In this document: positions 10,691-21,274 of the stretch, in pieces | Position numbering within the stretch: the stretch's first letter is position 1 | How the letters are laid out: each line of letters opens with the position of its first letter | From: a virus | DNA: 64,000 nt | Virus record (IMG/VR): IMGVR_UViG_3300009506_000019 | Coordinates: 102,062-166,061 of that record | Reading direction: 5' to 3' (one strand) | The notes under the pieces: generated by a model | Database searches by the model: none | Seen by the model: only the letters and a program-made list of their open reading frames with translations | Told to the model about the DNA's origin: nothing | Position numbers and translations under genes: made by a program

Positions 10691-11010
10691 TATACCAAGT
10701 CCACGTTTACACCCACTGTGATTCTTTGCCCTTGTGGGTATTCAGGTTCATCGGATGGCCTAATGATCACAACAGTGACATCTGATAAATCTTGAGCACC
10801 AGAATTGTCAATATACTCACCATCGAAACCATTCGAAAACACACCACCAATAATTGGCTCCTCTACCAAGACACCATTGTCAAGAATGACATTCAGGCTG
10901 CTCAAATCAAGAGAGCCCACAGTCTTGATCATTCTAAACACAACTTCTGCGTTCAGAGGAACGTTTATGTCTCCATCTCCGGGAGACACTGCTGAGAACA
11001 ATACAGACAT
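10690..11010 (-). CDS. Stand-alone Ig-like domain protein
   Basis: 106 aa, SPGDGDINVPLNAEV motif; similar to the Ig domain in 7856..10690. Confidence 0.55.
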   Translation of the reverse strand: MSVLFSAVSPGDGDINVPLNAEVVFRMIKTVGSLDLSSLNVILDNGVLVEEPIIGGVFSNGFDGEYIDNSGAQDLSDVTVVIIRPSDEPEYPQGQRITVGVNVDLV

Positions 11011-12416
11011 TACGCCACCAACGTTATATCACCAGAGGCGATTCTTGCAAATTCGTTTTTGTCAATTTCAATGTCGGCGTTTGCTGTTCCCCCAACCCTG
11101 TCAAGTACCTGGAAGACAAAGTTGTCAACACCAGATATATTTCGCACTACAGCTTGAATGTCGCTCTTTTCAACGGCTTCACCCAATCCAAGGCTGTTGA
11201 TGTAGTCAATGACAGCATCCACAACTGTTGACTGGATAGTAGTAAAGGAGAACCCAGGTAGAACTACCAACCTTGCTGTCAAGGTTGTATCTACCTGTGT
11301 GCCTGTTCTAATAAGCGGGTCTTGCCCACCAACATTTGTGTCCGCACTGTCCAATGCTGCTTGGATGTTTGCTACCAGAACATCTTGTTGATAGTCGATA
11401 TTGATTGAGCTTCCGATGGCAGGTGTGGTACCAGACGGCAAAAAGCGAATGCCGTCCTCTGCACGAACACTGTTGGCTACACCGGTTGTATCCTTCACGA
11501 ATTCATAATCTACCCCAAGGGTATATCCAGGAACATTTACTATATTCTGTACAGGTTGATTATCTAGCACAATAAGCTGACCAATACCTAGGAATTCAGC
11601 TTCATCAGATCTGGTCAGGTTCTGTGATCCAGTAATAAACACATCGATTGCGCCAGAGTCTTCACCAGATCTGGTAATCAAAGGATCACCAGCAAACACA
11701 ACCAACACATCACCAGCGTCTTGAAAACGACTCTTAATGAATAAACGCAAGCCATTTTGTACACCAAGCTGAGATCCCACAATAGAGATGGAATATCTCT
11801 CCAACAAGTCTGCGTTGGTCTCTCTATCAGTGACGATTGAAGATCTGCTTTTATTTTCCACCGAATCGAAGCCAGACAACGGACGAAGTGGTCTATTAAT
11901 CTTTCCAGGACCAACCTCACCAATCTTCCCGGAAGTGGTGGCTTGTACAGCCACTTCAAGCTCATACCGTTCTGTTTCGAGGTTGTAGTAAGAGGCAGCC
12001 GATGCCACAGGCATCGTTTTTGATTCTGTGGTTACAAACACAACAGTCTCACCAGTCTCTTCGTCTGGCGTGGTTGCGATCGGAAAGTTCTTCTGAACAG
12101 TAGTATCAATTTGAGGAGCAGTTGCTCTAGAAAATATAACTGTAGTGCTGGAACGACCGCCCTCGTTTCGAGTCAAAAACTCATTGTACACAAATGCTTC
12201 GACATCGATATCATCAAATTCTTCTTGTCCTTCTAATAGAATCAGCTGCGATACATTTCTGATTCTGTCATTCTGATTTTCAAGCACCAATGCGGTGGGT
12301 TGAACAACGATGTCCGGAATTGGGCCAATTTCAGTGTCATGACCCTCGTTTCGGTCTTGTATGCCAACATTCAGATCGTTAGCAAACTGATCCGCTGTAA
12401 TTTTTGGTACAGGCAT
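11010..12416 (-). CDS. Baseplate J-like wedge protein
   Basis: VFVTTE, VQATTSGKIG, TDRETNADLLER and YINSLGLGEAV...ISGVD motifs typical of baseplate J. Confidence 0.88.
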   Translation of the reverse strand: MPVPKITADQFANDLNVGIQDRNEGHDTEIGPIPDIVVQPTALVLENQNDRIRNVSQLILLEGQEEFDDIDVEAFVYNEFLTRNEGGRSSTTVIFSRATAPQIDTTVQKNFPIATTPDEETGETVVFVTTESKTMPVASAASYYNLETERYELEVAVQATTSGKIGEVGPGKINRPLRPLSGFDSVENKSRSSIVTDRETNADLLERYSISIVGSQLGVQNGLRLFIKSRFQDAGDVLVVFAGDPLITRSGEDSGAIDVFITGSQNLTRSDEAEFLGIGQLIVLDNQPVQNIVNVPGYTLGVDYEFVKDTTGVANSVRAEDGIRFLPSGTTPAIGSSINIDYQQDVLVANIQAALDSADTNVGGQDPLIRTGTQVDTTLTARLVVLPGFSFTTIQSTVVDAVIDYINSLGLGEAVEKSDIQAVVRNISGVDNFVFQVLDRVGGTANADIEIDKNEFARIASGDITLVA

Positions 12417-12419
12417 CGC

Positions 12420-12860
12420 TTACCCCACTACTCCCGATATTTCAGTGTTCCCTTTATCGGCAGTTCTAACACCAAGCCTAAAACGAAAATCGGTCTTATT
12501 ACCTTCTGGTATGATTTGCAATCTAGATATAGAATAAAATCGTTCGCTTCTTGGCCTGATGGCTGGTCTTTTGTTCTGCTGTTTCAGCATGAAAGAAAAC
12601 ATACCTCTTATTTGTCTGTTAATCAATATAGAAATAGTTGCACTGCCGAATTGAGGCACAGTGCCAACCAAGTTCTGAAGTGCAGCTGTGGTGCCATTAC
12701 GTACACGCTCGAGAGACAACCCACGTCTCAAATCTTGTAGTGTCTTCTCCCTCGATTTTGCCTTGTCCTCTTCGTTGACAGGATTCCCAATCAACTTTGG
12801 TCTACCATTGCTGGCATTCACGACCACATCACCATTTGATATTTTCAGTGTAGTGGCCAT
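12420..12860 (-). CDS. gp25/gpW-like baseplate wedge (sheath initiator) protein
   Basis: MATTLKISNGDVVV start (ATG 12860 after GGAGG); size and position next to baseplate J. Confidence 0.6.
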   Translation of the reverse strand: MATTLKISNGDVVVNASNGRPKLIGNPVNEEDKAKSREKTLQDLRRGLSLERVRNGTTAALQNLVGTVPQFGSATISILINRQIRGMFSFMLKQQNKRPAIRPRSERFYSISRLQIIPEGNKTDFRFRLGVRTADKGNTEISGVVG

Positions 12861-12862
12861 GA

Positions 12863-13315
12863 TCAACCTCCGGACAAACAAGCATCTATAATTGTAGAGA
12901 TGTTTGTAAACTGGTCAATTGCCGCGTTCAATTCGTTCACGATTGCATTCAATTCATCCCTATAACTGAGAAGTCGAGTCAACTCAAATAATAAATCATT
13001 GGTTGTGCTCAACGCAACATCAATCGATTGCTGTAGATTTAGATTAAAAAAGCCAAGATCAACACATTGACTGATTTGATTCAACGGGATCAGATATGCG
13101 GATTGTTTTACTTCTTCAACCACAGCATTCGCTGCTTGTTGGACCGCTTGAACCGGCAGAGCCAGAATATCATACTGAAGAAGCTGCGTCTGGAACACAA
13201 CAATTTGAGCTTCCAGAATAGCAACTTGACCATCTATCAGAGCTTGGATACTTCGCAGCGCAGAATCCGATAAGGAGCAAAGTATCTGTTTAACACATGG
13301 ATTCAGTTCTGCCAT
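12863..13315 (-). CDS. Helical baseplate-region hypothetical protein
   Basis: 150 aa, coiled-coil-like, in operon. Confidence 0.5.
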   Translation of the reverse strand: MAELNPCVKQILCSLSDSALRSIQALIDGQVAILEAQIVVFQTQLLQYDILALPVQAVQQAANAVVEEVKQSAYLIPLNQISQCVDLGFFNLNLQQSIDVALSTTNDLLFELTRLLSYRDELNAIVNELNAAIDQFTNISTIIDACLSGG

Positions 13316-13322
13316 AAGTCAC

Positions 13323-13823
13323 TCACGTGATTGGTACTGTGCCACCAACAGAAAGCACCCACAATCCACCTGTTGCGTTAGCTCCACCAAGAGCCGCTGC
13401 TGTTGCGGTAGCAGCCTGTGCTCTTGTTGTAGTGGGGAGTATGTTTGTTGGAAATACAGAAGGCAGAACCACAGCCGCAATAGTTGCTACGGCTGGTGGT
13501 GGTGTTGCAGAAGCTGCTCCAGCATACAAAGAAGCAGCTGCTGCTGAAATTCCCACCCACGCCTGCACAAAACCTGCTTGTAACTTTAACGGTCCTTGAG
13601 GGGGAGGAGGTGGCGGATCTCCACCAGGATCTGATAATCCAACCATTGCTGTCTTGATGGCCCCTTCAAGACCCTGAATAATACTATCTGTTCCAGGTAA
13701 TCGATCCATTCCAAGGAAAAAGGCAATCATCGCAGCAGCCCATGCATCAATGGCTTCTTGCTCAGTGCCATATTCACCGAGTAGAGGATCTTCAAGTTCT
13801 GTTATGGTACTAGCCATTGGCAT
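13323..13823 (-). CDS. Ala/Pro/Gly-rich protein next to the central spike (possible spike tip)
   Basis: Likely start MPMAST at 13823 just after the spike stop; position where PAAR-like tips usually sit. Confidence 0.45.
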   Translation of the reverse strand: MPMASTITELEDPLLGEYGTEQEAIDAWAAAMIAFFLGMDRLPGTDSIIQGLEGAIKTAMVGLSDPGGDPPPPPPQGPLKLQAGFVQAWVGISAAAASLYAGAASATPPPAVATIAAVVLPSVFPTNILPTTTRAQAATATAAALGGANATGGLWVLSVGGTVPIT

Positions 13824-13827
13824 TTTA

Positions 13828-14979
13828 CTATCCGTCCGGGATGTTGAGTTTTGTAGAATTAATAGCCGAATCCCAATCCGGCATCTGCACCAACACCGAT
13901 GGTGTTCCACTAGGACCAACACCAGTAGGATGAACATGTGTATCAAACGTATTCATCTTTGTTTGAAGTTGTCCCCACAAAGCCTGCAGATGATCCGCGA
14001 TGGCAACCGCAACCTCCGGTGCTCCTGTTAGAGAAATGTAGAATTGCCCAGACGCGCCATCGATATCAACACTTGTCTGGTCTGTCTTCCATTGAACATA
14101 GGTTGCTGGCTGAGACTGCTCTATGTTTACATTCCCAAGATTATCAATCAATAAACTGAATACTTCGAGAGCATCTGCGCCATCACCCAAGCTAATCTTG
14201 CCCCTGAGCGGAAAACCAGAAGGCCCAAGTTCTGGTATATTTGTGCTATCCAAGATGTCGCCAAAATGAATCTTGGCTCGAGATTGTACGCTTGGCGTAC
14301 CGGTCGGCAATGGGAAGTTAACATCAACTAAAAATTCTTTGTATATGCCACTGCTTGCGGGGGTTTCATCTTGATCCGTTGGTACTTTCTTTCGAAATAC
14401 GGTGCCAAACCGCATTTCAGCTGTCTCGGACGAATAGTGATACTCAGAAGCTTTGGATTCTAACCGATATGCTTGCTTATTGAGCTTAATAAACGCTTGG
14501 CCTCCGGAGAGATAGAGAGTTCCTTGATTTGATCCATGGATATATGCGTCACCACTCGATTTGAAGTCAAATTCACCAGGACGCAATTCCCTGAACACGG
14601 CAAACCCAGCAATCCCATCATCGGCAAATTTCTTGAGTTGCTGCCACCCCTCTTGCGGTAATTCTTCCCCACTGGCATTTATGTCGTATCCCATGATAAT
14701 GGGAGAGTCATCATTTCTGTAAGCAACATGCACGTTCTCCCCGCCAAAGGGCATATACCTGCCCCATGCAGATTGCCTTCCCTTACCAGAAAACCACAAT
14801 GGTGGCACGGTTATATTTCTAGTGCCATGCACCTCTAATGTGTTTACCTGGCCTTTTCCATTTGGTGGATCAATAGAGGCCAACTTCCCACGCACAATGC
14901 GTGACAAGTAGCGAGCGCCATCTCTGGTACCCATGTAACCAGTAGAATCTTCGCCTGGATATGAGTCTCTTCCTGCCAT
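13828..14979 (-). CDS. Baseplate central spike (gpV/gp45-like)
   Basis: N-terminal OB-fold-like region (YMPFGGENVHVAY); C-terminal HVHPTGVGPSG HxH apex motif. Confidence 0.8.
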   Translation of the reverse strand: MAGRDSYPGEDSTGYMGTRDGARYLSRIVRGKLASIDPPNGKGQVNTLEVHGTRNITVPPLWFSGKGRQSAWGRYMPFGGENVHVAYRNDDSPIIMGYDINASGEELPQEGWQQLKKFADDGIAGFAVFRELRPGEFDFKSSGDAYIHGSNQGTLYLSGGQAFIKLNKQAYRLESKASEYHYSSETAEMRFGTVFRKKVPTDQDETPASSGIYKEFLVDVNFPLPTGTPSVQSRAKIHFGDILDSTNIPELGPSGFPLRGKISLGDGADALEVFSLLIDNLGNVNIEQSQPATYVQWKTDQTSVDIDGASGQFYISLTGAPEVAVAIADHLQALWGQLQTKMNTFDTHVHPTGVGPSGTPSVLVQMPDWDSAINSTKLNIPDG

Positions 14980-17054
14980 TATCCCGCACTCGGAGTAGCT
15001 GTGTTGTTTCCAGAATCAGCATCCACCAGCTTAAACAACAACTTGTAGTTCAATGGTCTGCTTGGTAGTCCTCCAATCGTTGCGTACACAGGATTACCGC
15101 TTTTATCTAGTAATCCATCCCAACCACGAAGATAGCCTATATTAATGCGTGTGTCCACGCTGCCACCCATTCCCCACTTAATTGAATGTCTTAGTGAGGA
15201 TGTGGTTCCTATGCAATTGCGTTGAGTGATAAATATTGGTCTGTTCAACCACAAACCAAAATTTGGAAGTGCGTTGATACCCATATTTCTGGAATCTGCG
15301 TTCATCTTGTTCAGGGTTATATGAGCATATGCATGCGCTGCCTCTTTGGTGATAATGATACCTTTAGGATCTGTTTGCTCCAGCCTCAGGCCATACAATG
15401 GCACAAGATGTTTCAATGTTATGACAGCCCCAGACTGAAATTCTTTAGCTAGACCCAATTCAGCATAACCTTGTGCAATGTTGAAATGGCCAACTATTTG
15501 CGTTCTGACTTTTTCGTCAGTGATTTGCTTGCTAAAGTTTATTGTGTCGCGTTTGGTGATGACATACCTACTACCAAATGGCCCACGTGTGTCTGTTTCA
15601 TTCACCAAAGTGAATAGACGGCCATTGTCTATAGTTACAAGCTTGGCGCTTTCTTCCAGCGACCAGTCGTCTGGATCAAAATCATACAGAGGAAATTCAC
15701 AAATCAAATCTCCCTTGGGTGATTCATAAAATACAAATTCTATCCTCTCAATAGAGTCAAAGATTATACGAAGCCTACTTGAAAATTCTGTCTGCATCGC
15801 AGGATTTTTGAGTATATCCCTTAATGTCGCTTCTCTATTCACAGAAGGATGAAATGACGCTGGCAACAAAAGTAAAAGACGACCACCATCAACAGGAAAG
15901 TCTTGTGGATTTTCACCGATAATGGTTATTACTGAGGTTGGATCTGGTGTACCATCACCATACCTGACAACATCATTCATGTATGGAGTGCTGTCACCAT
16001 TTTCAATAATCATCTCCTCTATGTCTGTTATTTTGACTTCATGATCTATGAGCGATTGCCATTGAGATAGATCCTCAATTGGTGTTATGTTTATACCCTT
16101 GAGCGCGTCCTCAACTCCACCACTAGAGGTTGGACCGTATTCCAAAACAGCTGAACGTTTATAGCTGAAGTTCCCGACACCACCTATTGTGGCCTGCGCC
16201 ACAGCAGCACCAACGGGGCTATCCCTACGTAGGGAAAACTTGTCGTCATTTTCAGGATCGTTACCAAACACTATGAAGAACAGAAGTTCAGGCAACGTTA
16301 GATTTGCAAGACCAGAACTCCAGAATGTTCTGACCACAACGTCAAGTTCTTCTTGCTTGATAGCGTTGATGTCAATAATACCTGGGTTGAATGTAACACG
16401 AGCGTATCTAAATTGCTTGAGGGGGCCTTCTCCGCCAATAGTCAAGATTCTTTGATTGTTTTCATCGACATTATCATCGAAATTGCTAACAAAACCAGCA
16501 AACATATGATACCAGCGAGTTGGTACATATGGATCTCTGAAAAAGACACGTATCGGATCGTTTGGGTGAAATATTGGATCTTCAGCTTGGAATGGATACC
16601 TAAACGCATCTCCTATCAACGGATTGAGAGATGATTCCTGACCATCTACTTCTGGAGCTGCGACGTTTGGTACTCTTACTGTTATCTTTCTGCCAACAAC
16701 TGTTCGTTTTATTTCTGGTGTTATATATTGAACATTGTATAAAATCGCATCTTCGATATCTTGTTCATCAACATAGATTTCCGTTAGTTTGTCTGGGTCT
16801 TGTCCTGCCTCAACTAACTTACTTATCTTTCTTTGAAAGGCCAATTGAGTTACATCTGTGAATATAGTAGTAAGATCAGTTGTGGTGTAGACATATTTAT
16901 CGTCTGGATTTGCGAGTGTGATAGTGCATGTGTTTGGAGCACGACCTTTGTTCCAATCAACATCTACATCCAACACGTCTTCGGTAACATCAACACCGAA
17001 AATAAAAACCCGAAACGCCGGGAAGGCGTGTCTGACTTGTCCACGTGTTGTCAT
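14979..17054 (-). CDS. Baseplate hub protein (gp27/gpD-like)
   Basis: VFIFGVDVT...PNTCTITLANP start, FAGFVSNF, FYESPKGDLICEFP; position between tube initiator and spike. Confidence 0.75.
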   Translation of the reverse strand: MTTRGQVRHAFPAFRVFIFGVDVTEDVLDVDVDWNKGRAPNTCTITLANPDDKYVYTTTDLTTIFTDVTQLAFQRKISKLVEAGQDPDKLTEIYVDEQDIEDAILYNVQYITPEIKRTVVGRKITVRVPNVAAPEVDGQESSLNPLIGDAFRYPFQAEDPIFHPNDPIRVFFRDPYVPTRWYHMFAGFVSNFDDNVDENNQRILTIGGEGPLKQFRYARVTFNPGIIDINAIKQEELDVVVRTFWSSGLANLTLPELLFFIVFGNDPENDDKFSLRRDSPVGAAVAQATIGGVGNFSYKRSAVLEYGPTSSGGVEDALKGINITPIEDLSQWQSLIDHEVKITDIEEMIIENGDSTPYMNDVVRYGDGTPDPTSVITIIGENPQDFPVDGGRLLLLLPASFHPSVNREATLRDILKNPAMQTEFSSRLRIIFDSIERIEFVFYESPKGDLICEFPLYDFDPDDWSLEESAKLVTIDNGRLFTLVNETDTRGPFGSRYVITKRDTINFSKQITDEKVRTQIVGHFNIAQGYAELGLAKEFQSGAVITLKHLVPLYGLRLEQTDPKGIIITKEAAHAYAHITLNKMNADSRNMGINALPNFGLWLNRPIFITQRNCIGTTSSLRHSIKWGMGGSVDTRINIGYLRGWDGLLDKSGNPVYATIGGLPSRPLNYKLLFKLVDADSGNNTATPSAG

Positions 17055-17815
17055 GTCTGCCCAGCTGTACGCCTTGTGTCAATGGTTAATTCTTGAATCT
17101 GTGTTGGGAGTTCTGACAGCGGCGGTACAACCTCCTGCACTGTGAACGACATCGAATAGTCGCGTGTGAACGGCTTGTCTGCATTCTCAGAAAATTCAAG
17201 TACATTACTGTAATGACCAATCAGATAGATTTGAACTGGTATACCAACAGACGCATACATAATCAAAAACTCATTGCGTGTGTTATCATCCAACAACATC
17301 GCTTCCCTGGTAAGCGCCCAAAGATTGTGCCAAATGAGTAACTTTCTGTTGGCTCCGGTGTTATATCCTCCCTGAGTAGAAAACAAACCACGATCGGTGG
17401 TTACGTCGCCTCTGATATCGAGATTTCCAGTGTTTCCTCTGAAGTCCAGAGTGAGGATATCGTTGTTCTCACCCTTTGAATTTGTAAAATGAAAGAATAC
17501 ACTACCTTCTTGTGTGTCTCGCTTGGTAATGCGTTTTGGCTGACGAAAGTTAATACTGTTGGGATTTACAGCCATCTCTATTGAGATGAGTTCTCCACCA
17601 GGAGCTGACAACGGATTGGTAGTAGACAAAAATTCAAGTGCACTGGCTGTATTTTCGGTTCCGGAAATTCTTGCAGATGGATCAATGCCTCCAGTACGCA
17701 ATCTCTTCAAAGAAGTAAATGTCATTGGAACACGGTTTGGGTCCGTGAACGATTTTCCGCCCTCACCAAATATTGTTTGACCGAGGGCAGATGTAAAATC
17801 AGGTATAAGCGTCAT
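17051..17815 (-). CDS. Baseplate tube-initiator-like protein
   Basis: MAVNPNSI...ITKRDTQEG...LDFRGNTG...FSENADKPFTRDYSMSFTV motifs; TAATG-coupled to TMP. Confidence 0.65.
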   Translation of the reverse strand: MTLIPDFTSALGQTIFGEGGKSFTDPNRVPMTFTSLKRLRTGGIDPSARISGTENTASALEFLSTTNPLSAPGGELISIEMAVNPNSINFRQPKRITKRDTQEGSVFFHFTNSKGENNDILTLDFRGNTGNLDIRGDVTTDRGLFSTQGGYNTGANRKLLIWHNLWALTREAMLLDDNTRNEFLIMYASVGIPVQIYLIGHYSNVLEFSENADKPFTRDYSMSFTVQEVVPPLSELPTQIQELTIDTRRTAGQT

Positions 17816-20025
17816 TACGGTGCCTCTGGTAAGCCCTTCTGGCCTTCCCAACCTAATATCTGGAAGACAACTTTGGCTTTGATTTTGCCCTTGCCAGGCA
17901 CATTCACCTCAGTCATCTGTTCTTCTCGTTGTTCAACATTTAACATCTGAGAACGCAACTTGTCGCCAACCATTCCCCCAATAACTTTATCTTGTTGTAG
18001 ACGTTGATATACAGCCTCTTCTCCCCTGCCGGTTTTTCCTTCTTCTTTCTTGTAAAGCTGCATGAGTTCTGTATATAAACCTTCTTGACGAAGAATCATG
18101 CTGTCATTATAGTTGCGTAATAGCACACCAATGGCGCTGGTCTTTCTTTCTCCAATGCGTGCCTTGCCTCTTCGCCCTATGTCTTCTAACTCACTTCTGG
18201 TTACTGTCTCTGTAATATCAGATCCAAATACACCAGTGTCCTCACCAGAAGAGAATTCATATGCTTCTCCACGCTTGATTTGATCTTCTCTTTGCTTGAT
18301 TCTTTTTAGTTTTTCGTCATATGATTCATACTTACCACCAGCACCTGTCATAAGGGTGCTGAGAATTCCCATTCTAGCGCCGCCCATAACTTCTTTGGCA
18401 CCGCCCATCATCATCTTGATAGCTCGAGTGCTCATTTCTGCTGATTGAGCTATCATCTCGCCTGAAGCTTTTTTGGCAGCCTCATCGCCAAACAAGCCCA
18501 TAGACAAATATTTTATGCCATATACGATCGATTGCAGTCCAGCGATGGTTGCGCCGAGAAGACCAGCACCAATCTTGGCTAGTCCATTTTGAATTTTTAA
18601 CAACGAGCGTTGGAACGATGATGTTTCAGCAGCTCGATCAACAAATGCCCTGTTGAATTCTTTTTGATGATTTTTTATTGCGCCTTGTATATCGTTGGTT
18701 TTAGCTGCTTCTTTGCCAACTTCCACAATGGCTTTAGATCCCTCAAAACCAAAGCCCATTTTTTCAAGGAAGAATCGTTGCTCCTCTACTGTTCTTCCAT
18801 TCTCTTGTGCAAGTTTGAGAAGCTCACGTACAGACTCCACAAACATACCGCCTTCTTCAGTGGTCTGTCCTCTACCACCAAATCCTTCGCGTAGAGCATA
18901 ATATGCCTCAAGGCCAGTTTTTGGCCCCCCACCACCAACACCACGAGCTGTCATCCTTTCGCCCAGAACAGCAGAAAGGCCGACACTCATACCCGCCAGA
19001 CCTTGAGTTACTTGACCAATAGCACGTTCTGCATATCCAGCCGCAAACTGCTGAGTAACACCAGGCATATTACGTTCGAGTAATTTTTGGAATCTGAGTT
19101 GAGCTTCTGCTACTTCTTCGATATCTACACGTTGTGTGCGTAGAGCCTGAGCAGATCTCATAATGGAACCAGTAAATGCAGCAACACTGGTACCAGAATC
19201 TCTTGCAGCCAAACCAATAGAAGCTATGATCCTAGTTGATTCTTGAGCATTTTGATTGAAATCTTTGACCAATTCCCCCATCTGACGAGCAGCTGTACCA
19301 GACGCCTGTTTGAACAAAGAATCAATTGCCATCGAGGCTTCTAAAATAGATCCTCGAGACCCTTTGATTGGTTCGGAAAACTTACCTTTTACTACACTTT
19401 CTATATCTATTCCGGCCTGCGCGAAAGCTGCCGCCGCACTTGCTGCTTCACCAGCAAGTCCTGTTGGCCCCTTGCCAAGCATTACGCCAAGACGACGAAC
19501 GTCCCGTGAAATGAGGGACATCTCTGCGCGGCCAGCCTGACCAGCTTGTTGAAAAACACGGCCAACAGTAGTACCCATGGCCCGGACTTCTTCTTCGCGC
19601 TTACCGCCCAGAACCATGAGCCCAATCAACCCACCAAATGGAAGCTCAGATAGGATAGAGCCCTTGAGCTTAGCCATGCTATTTTGGATGCCCATAAATT
19701 GTGCTTGTTGAGGGAGCATCTCTCCGATGATTCCCTTAACACCACGTTCGCGACGCATCTTTGCAACAGCTTCCTCATATGCCTGACCGATAGATTTGAC
19801 TTTCTTTGCAGTCTCTTCTGATGCTGTTGCTTGCTCTTTATTGATATCCTTGATGCCTTCGACCATACCAGCATACGCCTGCTTCATATAGTCTGATTTC
19901 TCAATGGTAGTGTCGTGCCACTGATCCATGAGGTCTACGGCATCTTCTAGGCTGGATGTGAATTCATCCAACCTATCTTTGAGATCACCAAGATCCAGAT
20001 CTACTTTGGCTTTTACATCAGGCAT
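17815..20025 (-). CDS. Tail tape measure protein
   Basis: ~736 aa, helical, Ala/Gly-rich, directly after the G/GT chaperone pair. Confidence 0.85.
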   Translation of the reverse strand: MPDVKAKVDLDLGDLKDRLDEFTSSLEDAVDLMDQWHDTTIEKSDYMKQAYAGMVEGIKDINKEQATASEETAKKVKSIGQAYEEAVAKMRRERGVKGIIGEMLPQQAQFMGIQNSMAKLKGSILSELPFGGLIGLMVLGGKREEEVRAMGTTVGRVFQQAGQAGRAEMSLISRDVRRLGVMLGKGPTGLAGEAASAAAAFAQAGIDIESVVKGKFSEPIKGSRGSILEASMAIDSLFKQASGTAARQMGELVKDFNQNAQESTRIIASIGLAARDSGTSVAAFTGSIMRSAQALRTQRVDIEEVAEAQLRFQKLLERNMPGVTQQFAAGYAERAIGQVTQGLAGMSVGLSAVLGERMTARGVGGGGPKTGLEAYYALREGFGGRGQTTEEGGMFVESVRELLKLAQENGRTVEEQRFFLEKMGFGFEGSKAIVEVGKEAAKTNDIQGAIKNHQKEFNRAFVDRAAETSSFQRSLLKIQNGLAKIGAGLLGATIAGLQSIVYGIKYLSMGLFGDEAAKKASGEMIAQSAEMSTRAIKMMMGGAKEVMGGARMGILSTLMTGAGGKYESYDEKLKRIKQREDQIKRGEAYEFSSGEDTGVFGSDITETVTRSELEDIGRRGKARIGERKTSAIGVLLRNYNDSMILRQEGLYTELMQLYKKEEGKTGRGEEAVYQRLQQDKVIGGMVGDKLRSQMLNVEQREEQMTEVNVPGKGKIKAKVVFQILGWEGQKGLPEAP

Positions 20026-20728
20026 CGTCGGTATCAAACGTCACTTTCACGTCCCGTCGTGACTTGTGACGCTTTTTCTCCTCTTCAATTTGTTGCTCTA
20101 CCTCTTGCTTTGCTACTTGCCTTTCAAGTGCAGCCTGACGCTTTTTCTGCTGAATTTCTGCGCCATCAACACTATGATGAGCCGTTTCCTTCAACGGCTC
20201 CTCAATAATTTTAACTCCCAATCTACGAAGCTCTTGCTCTCTGCCAGGTGTAAACCATTCGTTCAGTTGCTGATCTAACTCCTCATCTACTTCAAACAGA
20301 GGAGCCATATCACCTAAATCTTCCCCCTTTGCGATGGCTTGAGACATTGCCTCAAATTCATCGTCATCCATAGCAGCCTGAACCTGCTGATCTGCATCCA
20401 TCTGCTCGAACATATAGCCAAGCACTTCCCTTCTTGCTGTCATGAGAGACAGTGGGACAATTCGTTCTTCTGTCTCACCGTCCTTTTTCGGTAGCATGTT
20501 CAAACCAAGTAAATTAACAAGGATGTTTTTGAGAGCCTTTAATACTTGGTTCGCTATCTCTGCTACCTCTTTCTCCTTTTCTTGTTCGCTCTCCCGCAGC
20601 AGCATGTATTCAAACAGCCACTGAGCGTTGGTCATCTTTCCTACATCTGGGTTGTTGACGAGGATTCCTTTTCGGGAGAGGACGTATCCTTTGATTCGCC
20701 ACCAGGAATCCCCGTCGAGGAATTTTTT
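20018..20728 (-). CDS. Tail assembly chaperone T portion (reached by -1 frameshift)
   Basis: The -1 frame is open from the slippery site (KKFLDGDSWWRIKGYVLSRKGILVNNPDVGK) into MTNAQWLFEY of ORF 20018..20635. Confidence 0.8.
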   Translation of the reverse strand, partial: KKFLDGDSWWRIKGYVLSRKGILVNNPDVGKMTNAQWLFEYMLLRESEQEKEKEVAEIANQVLKALKNILVNLLGLNMLPKKDGETEERIVPLSLMTARREVLGYMFEQMDADQQVQAAMDDDEFEAMSQAIAKGEDLGDMAPLFEVDEELDQQLNEWFTPGREQELRRLGVKIIEEPLKETAHHSVDGAEIQQKKRQAALERQVAKQEVEQQIEEEKKRHKSRRDVKVTFDTDDA

Positions 20729-21213
20729 AGGCCATCAATCGACTCCTTCCTCTGCCTACTGATTTTTTGATATTCAGCAGCCAGATCGTCGATGACCGGC
20801 ATTCCCAATTCACCCAACCACACATAAAGCTGGTTCATCTGCCAGGTACGTTGACCATACCGAGACATGGTGAATTGTTTCTTTGTGTCCTCGTCCATGC
20901 CATCCGGAAAATCAAATAACTCCTCAACTGGCACGCCATCAATGCTTTTGATAGCCGCAGCCAATCTTGATTTCCTATATGAGGAGATTGCCTGTGGGGT
21001 GGAATCGGTTTGCATGAAACCATCAGCCCACATTTCCTCATCGGAATTGATGGTGGTCATATGAAACTTGTGACCAGCAACCTCAGCAGTTGCCTCAAGC
21101 TCATGACCAGCAAGTTGTTTTTGAATGTCCAACAGCGCCGCATGTCGCTTTGCTATCGGTAGACTGGTAAGAACGATACCCTCGTCCTTCTCTTTCTTCT
21201 CTTCGTTAGCCAT
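20641..21213 (-). CDS. Tail assembly chaperone G
   Basis: AAGGAGG RBS before ATG 21213; AIKSIDGVP motif; lies between tubes and TMP. Confidence 0.8.
   Translation of the reverse strand: MANEEKKEKDEGIVLTSLPIAKRHAALLDIQKQLAGHELEATAEVAGHKFHMTTINSDEEMWADGFMQTDSTPQAISSYRKSRLAAAIKSIDGVPVEELFDFPDGMDEDTKKQFTMSRYGQRTWQMNQLYVWLGELGMPVIDDLAAEYQKISRQRKESIDGLKNSSTGIPGGESKDTSSPEKESSSTTQM
20722..20728 (-). other. Programmed -1 ribosomal frameshift heptamer A AAA AAT
   Basis: CTA AAA AAT in the chaperone G frame fits X XXY YYZ; the -1 frame matches the downstream ORF. Confidence 0.8.
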
Positions 21214-21245
21214 TATGGCCTCCTTCAAGTGAAGGGTAAAGTTAC

Positions 21246-21274
21246 ATCATACTACAGGCTCATGCCAGCCTCAA
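21246..21274 (-). promoter_or_regulatory. Possible sigma70-like promoter upstream of the tail chaperone
   Basis: TTGAGG-N17-TATGAT. Confidence 0.3.
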
